The translations under genes and the position numbers were made by a program. Under the pieces are notes generated by a model. The model saw nothing but the letters and a program-made list of their open reading frames with translations. It had not been told where the DNA came from and searched no databases. 28,116 nt of DNA, from the IMG/VR virus record IMGVR_UViG_3300029906_000002, positions 140,507 to 168,622 of that record; one strand, 5' to 3'. Below are positions 18,233-26,427 of this stretch, in pieces. Origin of the DNA: a virus. Within the stretch, counting starts at the first letter, position 1, and each line of letters opens with the position of its first letter.

Positions 18233-19102
18233 ATGGAACGTAAAATCATTATCTACCGTAATAACGCTACTCATACCGAAGAGATGACTGGCGATGTGTC
18301 TAACATGGGTCAGCTCAAGCAGCTCTTCACGAATGAAGGCATTGATTATGCCAAGTATGACATCTACAAGATCTGGGGAGGAAAGAGCGAGTGTATCACC
18401 AATGAAATCAATTCGTATGCTTTCCCGGATACCGTGAAGATTGGTCGAAGCAACAAGGAAACATCCGACTTGTATTTCTCGCTTGTCAAGAAAGACAAGA
18501 ACATTGATACTGCCCGCTCTACCTCCATGGTCAAGCTGAACAGAAACGAGGCATTCAGTATCATCCATAATCGTGGGCTTGAGCAGGAGTTCAAAACTAC
18601 GTTCGGCAAGCCCGTAACCAATGCCTCCAACGATGAACTCTACATGTTCCTGTATGTAAACGATATCGATATCAGTGTCGTTGAATTGAAGAAAAACGGC
18701 ATCGCTACCCTGCAAAAAAAGATAGATAGCGATGTTACTGCCGAAGCCAAAGAGAAAGCTGCCATGCAGGATAAAGTTGAACAAATGAAGAAGCAGGCAA
18801 GTGATTGCAACGGGGATTGTGAATGCAAAAAGAGTAATTGTACGAAGAAATTCTCTGGAACCCAGACAACGGTTGCTGAAATCTCTCCCGCTGCTGCCAT
18901 CATCGCACTGTACGGTTTTCTCGATGATGAAGAGAAAGCAAAAGTGGATGATTTCTTCGCTATCAAAACCGGAATGAACAAATTTATGCAAGGAGGAAAG
19001 GTGGAAATCTCTACCTGTAAATGCGATTCTGAGCAGGAAGAGGCGCCTGAAGAGGATATCGACAACTATCTCATGGAGATGACGCGCAATATCGTTAAGT
19101 AA
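18233..19102 (+). CDS. Putative ubiquitin-like (beta-grasp) domain protein with helical and acidic C-terminal extension
   Basis: The first ~90 aa follow a strand-strand-helix pattern (RKIIIY / TEEMT / NMGQLKQLF), like the T.xELK helix of Ubl folds, with a final strand DLYFSLV. Lies directly upstream of E2-like, JAB and E1 genes. Fold is inferred. Confidence 0.5.
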   Translation: MERKIIIYRNNATHTEEMTGDVSNMGQLKQLFTNEGIDYAKYDIYKIWGGKSECITNEINSYAFPDTVKIGRSNKETSDLYFSLVKKDKNIDTARSTSMVKLNRNEAFSIIHNRGLEQEFKTTFGKPVTNASNDELYMFLYVNDIDISVVELKKNGIATLQKKIDSDVTAEAKEKAAMQDKVEQMKKQASDCNGDCECKKSNCTKKFSGTQTTVAEISPAAAIIALYGFLDDEEKAKVDDFFAIKTGMNKFMQGGKVEISTCKCDSEQEEAPEEDIDNYLMEMTRNIVK

Positions 19103-19120
19103 TGATTTATTGACTATTTC

Positions 19121-19161
19121 AATCCTCCTGGCCGTATGGGTCGGGAGGATTTTTTATTTTT
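19121..19161 (+). terminator. Strong rho-independent terminator
   Basis: AATCCTCCTGGCC-gtatg-GGTCGGGAGGATT followed by TTTTATTTTT. Confidence 0.85.
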
Positions 19162-19165
19162 ACAC

Positions 19166-20377
19166 ATGCTCAGCAAAGAAGAAAGAGAAACAAAAGCCTA
19201 TCTGCTCAATCTAAACAGGAAAGCCATATTTCATGCCAATCGGTATATGATGGATTTTCATCCCGAAATTGAAACCGAGGTAATTACTGCAATAGATATC
19301 AAGCATGATTACAACGAAAAGATTAGTATGAACATACTCAACAAGTATGATTCAGAAAGAGATGACTTTCTTGAAAGAGAAAAATCGGGAGGTATTGTTT
19401 ATTATGTGTCACATTATCCTAAACGTGAAGTGTATGTCGGCGATGAACCGAGGACAACAATAAGAGATGTCTATTCGTTCATAAAGATTCAGAATAACCT
19501 TTTCCGTGGATTGTATGGCATAGTAGCTACCTACGATTACGAAAAGGCGGTATCTGGTTACGCTTTTAGCCATCTGCCTTCCGTAAGTCTTTCAAATGGA
19601 AGATTGCCGATAATAAATGCGTGTTGTCTGGGAACAAGCAATCTGCGTGATATACAATCGGATCACATGGTATTTTCCGATTCAGTTGAAGACGACATGT
19701 TTTATATCGTCGCCATGAATTGTTACGAGTTGTTTGGAGTTGAATCCATGACTTCCTCTCCATACATTAGAATCAGTAACATATCTAATGATGGCAACAT
19801 GTCAATGGTGCTTATCGACTATGATCCGAATATGGAATTCGAGACAACAGATAAGGTTCTATTTCATGCTATAAACAGGACCATTAATGAAATGATATTG
19901 TCCAATAGGCGTTATATACGTCTTTGTGCAACCAGTGGATTTGAGATAAATGGATTGAAACTATCCACTGTGAATAATGTTTATCCGTATTTCAACAACT
20001 TTACTATTGATGCCTCACGTCTCATAGTCAAGTATATTCAGGAAGGGGCTATACTGTTTGGTGAAGGAAGGGCGTATGCAGATAGCTTAATCAACTTCAA
20101 CATGTATGACGCATACATAATAAAAAAGGATGGTGTCAAGTATATCTATTCTGTAATGAATAGTCAAAATATGTATGTGGATAAGAAGTTTGAGGAAATC
20201 AATGGTTCATTCCTGTTTAAATTCAAAGGAAGAGATGTCAAGCTGAATATTCTCGAAAAGAAGAAAAGTAGCAAGGATTGCGGAAAGACGAAAATTATTG
20301 TTAGCAAATTATTAAACCCGATGTATACGCTGTACTTAAAATCAATGTTAAACTTTAAAACATCCCAAAATGAATGA
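19166..20377 (+). CDS. Putative prokaryotic E2/UBC-like protein
   Basis: Likely start is ATG 19166, since the track's 19136 is in the terminator loop. YAFSHLP followed ~15 aa later by CCLG resembles the HPN/HPH...xCL signature of E2 folds. Adjacent to JAB and E1. Confidence 0.5.
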   Translation: MLSKEERETKAYLLNLNRKAIFHANRYMMDFHPEIETEVITAIDIKHDYNEKISMNILNKYDSERDDFLEREKSGGIVYYVSHYPKREVYVGDEPRTTIRDVYSFIKIQNNLFRGLYGIVATYDYEKAVSGYAFSHLPSVSLSNGRLPIINACCLGTSNLRDIQSDHMVFSDSVEDDMFYIVAMNCYELFGVESMTSSPYIRISNISNDGNMSMVLIDYDPNMEFETTDKVLFHAINRTINEMILSNRRYIRLCATSGFEINGLKLSTVNNVYPYFNNFTIDASRLIVKYIQEGAILFGEGRAYADSLINFNMYDAYIIKKDGVKYIYSVMNSQNMYVDKKFEEINGSFLFKFKGRDVKLNILEKKKSSKDCGKTKIIVSKLLNPMYTLYLKSMLNFKTSQNE

Positions 20378-21143
20378 GATAAAAAATACTTCACAGAACG
20401 AAAGTGTCAAACAAAAAGAGAAGAGTGTATCAATAGTCAAAAAGAAAGGCTCTCTCAAAGTAACCATTACCAACGAGCTTGAAAGCAAGTTCCATGAGAT
20501 GCGCAAGTTGTCCCCGAAGAACGAGTTTGGAGGATTCCTGTTCTATCGCATTGATAGCATAGACGACAAGTTCAGTAAGATTGAAATCACTTGTTTTGAT
20601 GCCTTGCAAATGAGTGTAGGAAGTATGGCATACAACACATTCAAGGTTGACGGCGAACTTGGCGCGTATATGATGGAGAATGATTATTATCAGGACAAGA
20701 CTATCCTTTGCGGACATTTTCATTCCCATTGTAATATGAGCAGTCAACCCTCGCAAACGGACCTTGAAACTTATCGCAATGAAACGCTTGAGCAGCCTGT
20801 TTATCTCGGTCTAATCATCAATAACAGCATGGATTATACTGCCATATTCACACGACTTATCGAGATTGAATCCGTTTCAAAGTATCAAGAGAAATGGATT
20901 GGTCCTGATGGCAAGATGAATGTTACGATTGGCAAAGATTCTAAGTCGACGAAAGTTGTGCAGTACGTTAGTTGTAGTGCGATTATTGAGAATTGCGATT
21001 CGCCCATCGCAGATCGGTTTGTCAGTCTTTCAAAAAAAAGGCAGGATGAACTTGCAAAATTCCATCAGCAGGATGACTATGACATCATCAAGAAGAGTGG
21101 TAACTACCGAACACTGTTTAATGAAAGAATTTCAAGGTTTTGA
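20370..21143 (+). CDS. JAB/MPN+ (JAMM) metallo-isopeptidase
   Basis: NEFGGFL (catalytic Glu) and GHFHSHCNMSSQPSQTD match the JAMM motif E...HxH-x7-S-x2-D. Confidence 0.9.
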   Translation: MNEIKNTSQNESVKQKEKSVSIVKKKGSLKVTITNELESKFHEMRKLSPKNEFGGFLFYRIDSIDDKFSKIEITCFDALQMSVGSMAYNTFKVDGELGAYMMENDYYQDKTILCGHFHSHCNMSSQPSQTDLETYRNETLEQPVYLGLIINNSMDYTAIFTRLIEIESVSKYQEKWIGPDGKMNVTIGKDSKSTKVVQYVSCSAIIENCDSPIADRFVSLSKKRQDELAKFHQQDDYDIIKKSGNYRTLFNERISRF

Positions 21144-21145
21144 TT

Positions 21146-21901
21146 ATGAGTGAAGAAATAGAAGAATTGGCATTTGTCAAACACAAGGATGAAGAGAGTT
21201 CTCGATTCAGTGGAGCAGATTGGTTTGAGACGGCAAAAATGATGAACATCTACATCGTAGGATGTGGCGGAGTAGGTTCATGGGCAGCAATCAACCTTGC
21301 CCGCTTCTTCCCGGCATCCATCACGCTCTATGATGACGATGTAGTGGAAACGGGCAATATGTCCGGACAGTTCTATGAGGACGTAGAAGGCCCTAAAGTT
21401 ATTGAATTGTCCAAAAACATATCCAGATTCACTAACTACATCACTCCTATAAACACGTATGAAGGTAAGTTTACGCAGGAGAATATAAAGTCCATACAGC
21501 CAAATTCTGTTATTGTCATAGGCATAGACAATCAGAAAGAGAAGAAGAATATCATGAATGCTATACATGTCCTGTCGCGAAAGAATGTGTGGATCATTGA
21601 TGCAAGGCTATCCATGGATACTTTCCAGATCATTACCATGAATGACAAAATTTATTCTGACTATACCAAATTCAGAAAGTATAGCGATAAATTCTTGTTC
21701 GATGATGCCGATGCGGACCGTACTATTTGTAGTCTCAAGCAGACTTCATTCATGGCCAATATGATAGGAGGAATGATAGGTAATGTTTATATGACTATCT
21801 GCAAATGCATAAGCAGTGATTTTCCTGTCTATGTGCCCTACTTCATAGAGTATTCAGACAACTATTCACTCAAGATAAAGTATTTTGATGATGAGGTGTA
21901 G
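21146..21901 (+). CDS. ThiF/MoeB/E1-family adenylyltransferase
   Basis: SRF arginine finger, IVGCGGVGS, YDDDVVETGNMSGQ, PKV, IGIDN and IIDAR. Candidate catalytic Cys in TICSLKQT. Start is ATG 21146 or TTG 21140. Confidence 0.92.
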   Translation: MSEEIEELAFVKHKDEESSRFSGADWFETAKMMNIYIVGCGGVGSWAAINLARFFPASITLYDDDVVETGNMSGQFYEDVEGPKVIELSKNISRFTNYITPINTYEGKFTQENIKSIQPNSVIVIGIDNQKEKKNIMNAIHVLSRKNVWIIDARLSMDTFQIITMNDKIYSDYTKFRKYSDKFLFDDADADRTICSLKQTSFMANMIGGMIGNVYMTICKCISSDFPVYVPYFIEYSDNYSLKIKYFDDEV

Positions 21902-22634
21902 TTTTGTTTCCAGATTCATGTCTGGTTATAGAGATGGCAATTTGCGCATTAATTCCAGTTGTAACATGGTTATAGGAATCAATTCTATAGTCAAGACCGT
22001 CAACGGAAAAAGACATGTAATACAACCTTATTTGCGCGGTTTTGCTTATTCAAATAACAGCTCCGCATTCTTTATGTACATACCTTCATGGGCACGTTAT
22101 AACACTCATAAACTAACAGCCTCATCGAGAAAATGCGATACGATATACATTGCGCAAAGTGGCGATACGGAGTATTACATGTATAACGGATTTCTGTTTG
22201 ATTCAAATTGCAGAATGTATTTGATGCCGGCAATAATCAAGCAGCAAGGTGCGAAAGACAATGCTTACACAACCAACATATTGGTTGTTTCAGATTCCAT
22301 ATTCAAGAAGGTAGACACAAAAATAAAGGGGTTTATAAACAAGGCTATTTATGAAGTATCATCACAAAACCGAGACAGTCGCGATGTGTATATAGTCGAA
22401 AGCAGTAAAATGACAGTTTATGTACCCTGCGGAGTTGGTTATAACCATGGATTGTTTTCTATTTTTAGGAATTCGTTTATTAATTCAAGGGTATGCGATT
22501 CCATGTATAACGGGCATTATTATGTTGATGAGATTGAGCGGACTTTCAATGCAAATGCAATAGGCAATGTTAATGATGTCATAAGATTGCGCAAAGAAGA
22601 TCGAAACGAATTACTTTGCGTGGAAAATAGCTGA
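21888..22634 (+). CDS. Hypothetical protein coupled to E1 gene
   Basis: About 248 aa; start overlaps the E1 3' end. Beta-rich, no motif recognised. Confidence 0.75.
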   Translation: MMRCSFVSRFMSGYRDGNLRINSSCNMVIGINSIVKTVNGKRHVIQPYLRGFAYSNNSSAFFMYIPSWARYNTHKLTASSRKCDTIYIAQSGDTEYYMYNGFLFDSNCRMYLMPAIIKQQGAKDNAYTTNILVVSDSIFKKVDTKIKGFINKAIYEVSSQNRDSRDVYIVESSKMTVYVPCGVGYNHGLFSIFRNSFINSRVCDSMYNGHYYVDEIERTFNANAIGNVNDVIRLRKEDRNELLCVENS

Positions 22635-22637
22635 TTG

Positions 22638-23081
22638 ATGGAAAACAAGAAGGTACTCAACGCAACCGTCGTGACTATTGACGGACAGGAATTCAAAAGC
22701 AAGTTTGAAGCCAAGTGTTATCTGCTGCTTAAAAACAGCGGACTTGACTTTACGCATGAACAGGAACACTGTGTATTGCTTGAAGGGTTCCAGGATAAGA
22801 ATGTGTTGGATTGGAAGTGGGATAAGAAGAAACGGACATTCCTTCGCAAACCTATGTACAAGGCACGCGAGATGACTTACACGCCCGACTTTGCCGTATA
22901 CACAAAAACCGGCAAAATTTACATAGAAGCCAAGGGGAATCCGAACGATACCTTTCCAATCAAGTACAAGATGTTTCTGAAATATCTGTCTGAACGCAAC
23001 GATGGCCTTTCGTATGAGTACGTTATCGTTAAAACCATTGAACAGATGAACGATGTGATAAGTAAATTAAAGCAGCTGTGA
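22638..23081 (+). CDS. PD-(D/E)XK endonuclease (T7 endonuclease I / Holliday junction resolvase-like)
   Basis: FKSKFE, YTPDF and IEAKG motifs. Confidence 0.8.
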   Translation: MENKKVLNATVVTIDGQEFKSKFEAKCYLLLKNSGLDFTHEQEHCVLLEGFQDKNVLDWKWDKKKRTFLRKPMYKAREMTYTPDFAVYTKTGKIYIEAKGNPNDTFPIKYKMFLKYLSERNDGLSYEYVIVKTIEQMNDVISKLKQL

Positions 23082-24988
23082 TTATAATTGTAACTGAAAA
23101 TAAGGATTTCTTTGGCAATGTCACCGTAGCCAATGCTATCATTTCGTGGAATGACGTCCAATCTTATTTATCCAAGGCTCCCGATGTCGTAGGATTTGAC
23201 AGTGAAGGAGAAGGACGTGCTTTCATGAAAGACGAGCTTCATATCATACAGCTTGCTTGGGATGATATTGTTATCCTTATTGACTGCACAACCATAGACT
23301 ATTCCTTGCTGAAAGAATGGGTATCCACACGTTCACTTGTCATCCATCATGCCTTAAACGACCTACCATTCCTTTATAAACGTGGCGTGTATCCAAAGAA
23401 CGTGCATTGCACATACATAGCGGAGAAGGTCCTTGCCATGGGAAGGGATTGTAGGATGGGCATAGAGGATTTATGCGAAAGGTATGAATGTGGAACATTG
23501 GACAAATCATCCAAAGGCAGAATACTCTATGAGGCTACGGATGATTCCGTGATGTACTGCGTGAACGACGTCAAGTACCTTCGGGCTATCTGGATGAAAC
23601 AGATGCAGAAGGCAGAGAAGATGTCCATGAGAAATGCGGTAGTATTGGAATGCAAATTTGTTTCCGTGCTTGCTTACATGTCTTATTGCGGAGTATGCCT
23701 GAATGAACAGCGATGGAATGAAGTAATCTCTTACAATACAGAAAACACCGGAAAAGCGTTGTCCGACCTTGACGAGTTTGTCTTTTCTAACTTCAATCGC
23801 AACAATAAGTTATGCATCATTGACATGCAAGGCGACCTGTTTGATGGTTTCAAACAAACAAAGACTTGTCTTGTCAAATGGAATAATGAATCGTCTGTAG
23901 CTAATCTATATGCCAAGTGTACGCCCGAACAGGCATCCGTGCTTGATAAGCTGCTTGCCGAGTATCGTAAATTGATTGGTGTTTCCAAGGTGTACGGGAA
24001 GGCTTATATCGGCTTCATAGCGTCAGATGGTAGGGTACATCCAAAATATAACCAGCTTGGCATCACGGGCAGAATAAGCTGCCCTAAAACAGGGCTTAGT
24101 TCAAAAGGTTTTGAGATACCTATGCCGTCCTTCATGGACCTACCTAAGGATGGGCCATACAGAAGGTCTATAGTCGCACAACAAGGCAATGCGCTGGTGT
24201 CTGCCGACTGGTCAGCTTTCGAGATTTGTATAGCTGCCTATCTTAGTAAAGACGAGTGTTTGCTGGCTGCTTGTACTGCGCCCGACATACACGATAATGT
24301 GTTTAATACTGCCATGCTTAAGCACAAAGGAAAGTCTGTTTATGAGTTGGTAAGCAAGAAGGCAAAGGTGTTGAACATAGCCTTTATCAATGGCATTACC
24401 GTGTATGGATTATGCAATATGCTTGAGTGTTCAAAGGGAGATGCGGATATTATTCTAACTGCCTATCAAAAGACCTATCCCAAGCTGGTAGAGTATCAGA
24501 TAAGATGCTCATCAATGGCTGATTCGGATAAGATAGTCTTTAACCGAAATCTTGGTTATGGTTACGCAGCTATGGATGTGGAACGTATGCGGAATGCTTC
24601 TGCTTTCACGGACAAGAAAGGAATGAAGTTGTATTACAACAGTAAGCGTTTGTATCCCAACGATCCGTTTGTCAAGCAGATGGATTGGTATTTCTCAGAA
24701 CGAAGAAGACTTGCCAAGCTCGCCATAAGCGGGAGTTGGCAGAACACAGGAGCCATAGTATTTAAGTATGCCTGCTGCATGTTGTACAGGAAAATCATCT
24801 TAAACGGATGGCTCGATAAAGTAAAGATTATCATACCGCAGCATGATTCAATTACGATGGAATGTCCAGAGGATATAAAGGATGAGGTACTCAAACTTCT
24901 TGTTTCCTGTATGGATACTTCATGTGAGAAGATGCTTGGCGGTTTTATAGTACCCTTAAAAACCTACATTAGCAATGAATATAGATAA
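23078..24988 (+). CDS. polA: Family A DNA polymerase with 3'-5' exonuclease domain, divergent motifs
   Basis: ExoI GFDSE, ExoII HHALND, ExoIII YCVND; DGRVHP.YNQ..ITGRIS; motif A SADWSAFE; motif B SKKAKVLNIAFING; motif C QHDS. Confidence 0.88.
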   Translation: MIIIVTENKDFFGNVTVANAIISWNDVQSYLSKAPDVVGFDSEGEGRAFMKDELHIIQLAWDDIVILIDCTTIDYSLLKEWVSTRSLVIHHALNDLPFLYKRGVYPKNVHCTYIAEKVLAMGRDCRMGIEDLCERYECGTLDKSSKGRILYEATDDSVMYCVNDVKYLRAIWMKQMQKAEKMSMRNAVVLECKFVSVLAYMSYCGVCLNEQRWNEVISYNTENTGKALSDLDEFVFSNFNRNNKLCIIDMQGDLFDGFKQTKTCLVKWNNESSVANLYAKCTPEQASVLDKLLAEYRKLIGVSKVYGKAYIGFIASDGRVHPKYNQLGITGRISCPKTGLSSKGFEIPMPSFMDLPKDGPYRRSIVAQQGNALVSADWSAFEICIAAYLSKDECLLAACTAPDIHDNVFNTAMLKHKGKSVYELVSKKAKVLNIAFINGITVYGLCNMLECSKGDADIILTAYQKTYPKLVEYQIRCSSMADSDKIVFNRNLGYGYAAMDVERMRNASAFTDKKGMKLYYNSKRLYPNDPFVKQMDWYFSERRRLAKLAISGSWQNTGAIVFKYACCMLYRKIILNGWLDKVKIIIPQHDSITMECPEDIKDEVLKLLVSCMDTSCEKMLGGFIVPLKTYISNEYR

Positions 24989-25187
24989 TTTTCCTCCCCA
25001 ACGGGAGGGTAGAAAGATTGCCTTTTCGGCAGTCATAGATGGTGAATTCATGGTTGATGTTTACCCGCAAGATGGAGAAAAAGAAGAAATTGAAGAAATC
25101 GGCAAAACATTGCAGTCTTCTCTAAAAGAGAGGATTGACAATCTTTGCATAGACAATATTGTGATATGCGAAACAACAAAGGAATAA
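24975..25187 (+). CDS. Small hypothetical protein
   Basis: 70 aa ORF overlapping the polymerase stop. Confidence 0.55.
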   Translation: MNIDNFPPQREGRKIAFSAVIDGEFMVDVYPQDGEKEEIEEIGKTLQSSLKERIDNLCIDNIVICETTKE

Positions 25188-25528
25188 CATTAAGCGAGAA
25201 ACACGGTGTCAATCCAAGTTTGATATTGTGTCCGTACTGCGGAAAGGAAACCGGCATTGCTTTGTTCGGTAAACTAAAAGGCGACAAGGAAGCACCCAAA
25301 AATGTGGTCGGAGATGACTTATGTGATGAATGCAAAAAGAAAGTCGAAGATGGACTTGTCCTTATTATTGAAGCTGAACAAACAAGTGATGGCATCAAAT
25401 TTCTTAGAAGAAGAGCGGAAATCGGCAAAGAGTTTATTAGTAATAATGTAGACACAAGTAGAGGTTTTGTTTTTGCTGATTCCGATATATTCGATGCCAT
25501 GGAGAAAGAAACTGAAAGTGATTCATAA
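25166..25528 (+). CDS. Putative zinc-binding protein
   Basis: CPYC and CDEC pairs. Likely start is ATG 25166. Confidence 0.7.
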   Translation: MRNNKGITLSEKHGVNPSLILCPYCGKETGIALFGKLKGDKEAPKNVVGDDLCDECKKKVEDGLVLIIEAEQTSDGIKFLRRRAEIGKEFISNNVDTSRGFVFADSDIFDAMEKETESDS

Positions 25529-25544
25529 TTAAACATATATTGCT

Positions 25545-26048
25545 ATGAACAAATTTTTTGAATTGATTATCAGACACGCTTCTCCTGATACAGGAAAGTA
25601 TAAGAACTATTCTTATGTCGTAGAAGCAATAAACTATTCGGAAGCTGAGGCTAATGGATATAAGATTATCATGGCTAATGCACTGAGAGATGCAAGTATT
25701 GAACGTATCACCAAGCTGGAAATAGAGAATGTTTACAAACGCGATCTTGATGAACCGAGTGATTGTGAAGACAATTTCTACTGCCAGATTAAGAGCGTAC
25801 AAGTGGGTATTGATGAGAGAAGCGGGAAGGAAATCGTTGTTGAAAAACATCAGCACCTTGTACTTACTAATGACTTCCCATCCGTTGTGGAATTTATTAT
25901 CGGTACATTTGGTTCAACCGAAGATATTCGTATCATGTCGCAGAAGATGACTAATGTGTATTGTGTGTATTTCCGCGACGAGCTTTCAGATATGCCTTCT
26001 CCAGATCTGGCTGTGGAAGCGGATGTTGTTACTGAAACCGATATTTAG
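25545..26048 (+). CDS. DUF4494-like protein (Bacteroidetes)
   Basis: FFELIIRH...G..K...YVVEAINYSEAEA, plus a second similar unit (FYCQIK...DERSGKE...HLV), matches my recollection of the DUF4494 pattern. Confidence 0.65.
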   Translation: MNKFFELIIRHASPDTGKYKNYSYVVEAINYSEAEANGYKIIMANALRDASIERITKLEIENVYKRDLDEPSDCEDNFYCQIKSVQVGIDERSGKEIVVEKHQHLVLTNDFPSVVEFIIGTFGSTEDIRIMSQKMTNVYCVYFRDELSDMPSPDLAVEADVVTETDI

Positions 26049-26074
26049 ATGTCTCGATTGCAATGAGTTTATTG

Positions 26075-26109
26075 TGGCAGCCAATTCTTATTGGTTGCCA
26101 TTTTTATTT
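26075..26109 (+). terminator. Rho-independent terminator
   Basis: TGGCAGCCAAT-tctt-ATTGGTTGCCA followed by TTTTTATTT. Confidence 0.85.
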
Positions 26110-26115
26110 GTAATT

Positions 26116-26427
26116 ATGCTAAGAGAAGATGAACTGTTTACCACCGTATCCGATTCATTCAGAATGGTATCGTCTGGTGTAGACTTTGAATCTGCATCCT
26201 TTTTCTCCATTCGCAACTCTAAAAGTGGTAACGACAAAAGATATTCCACTCCATCTATCGTAAATGACAAGATTATATACGACTTTATGAAGGCGGACAG
26301 GTATATTGTCATACCCAGATGGTGCATGTCTGATTTGAGGGCGTTGGGAGCAAAAGATAATGGTAAGGAGAATCTGTCAGATACGATATACGATATGGTA
26401 AACCAAATAATTAAAAGACGTGAATGA
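26116..26427 (+). CDS. Hypothetical protein
   Basis: Likely start is ATG 26116 just after the terminator; the track's 25954 start would span the upstream gene and the terminator. Confidence 0.65.
   Translation: MLREDELFTTVSDSFRMVSSGVDFESASFFSIRNSKSGNDKRYSTPSIVNDKIIYDFMKADRYIVIPRWCMSDLRALGAKDNGKENLSDTIYDMVNQIIKRRE

Noticed and set aside
21032-21039. A8 run in the JAB gene as a phase-variation or frameshift site
   Set aside because: A-runs of 7-8 nt are expected in Lys codons of AT-rich genes, and it lies downstream of the catalytic domain.
21146-21901. ThiF as a thiamine/molybdopterin biosynthesis gene or as part of CBASS
   Set aside because: No ThiS/MoaD with terminal GG, no thiG/moaE, no CD-NTase or effector in the window, and no CxxC zinc pairs of canonical ThiF/MoeB.
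7426-24988. Introns or inteins in helicases, primase or polymerase
   Set aside because: Motifs are contiguous at normal spacing; no intein termini or embedded homing endonuclease seen.
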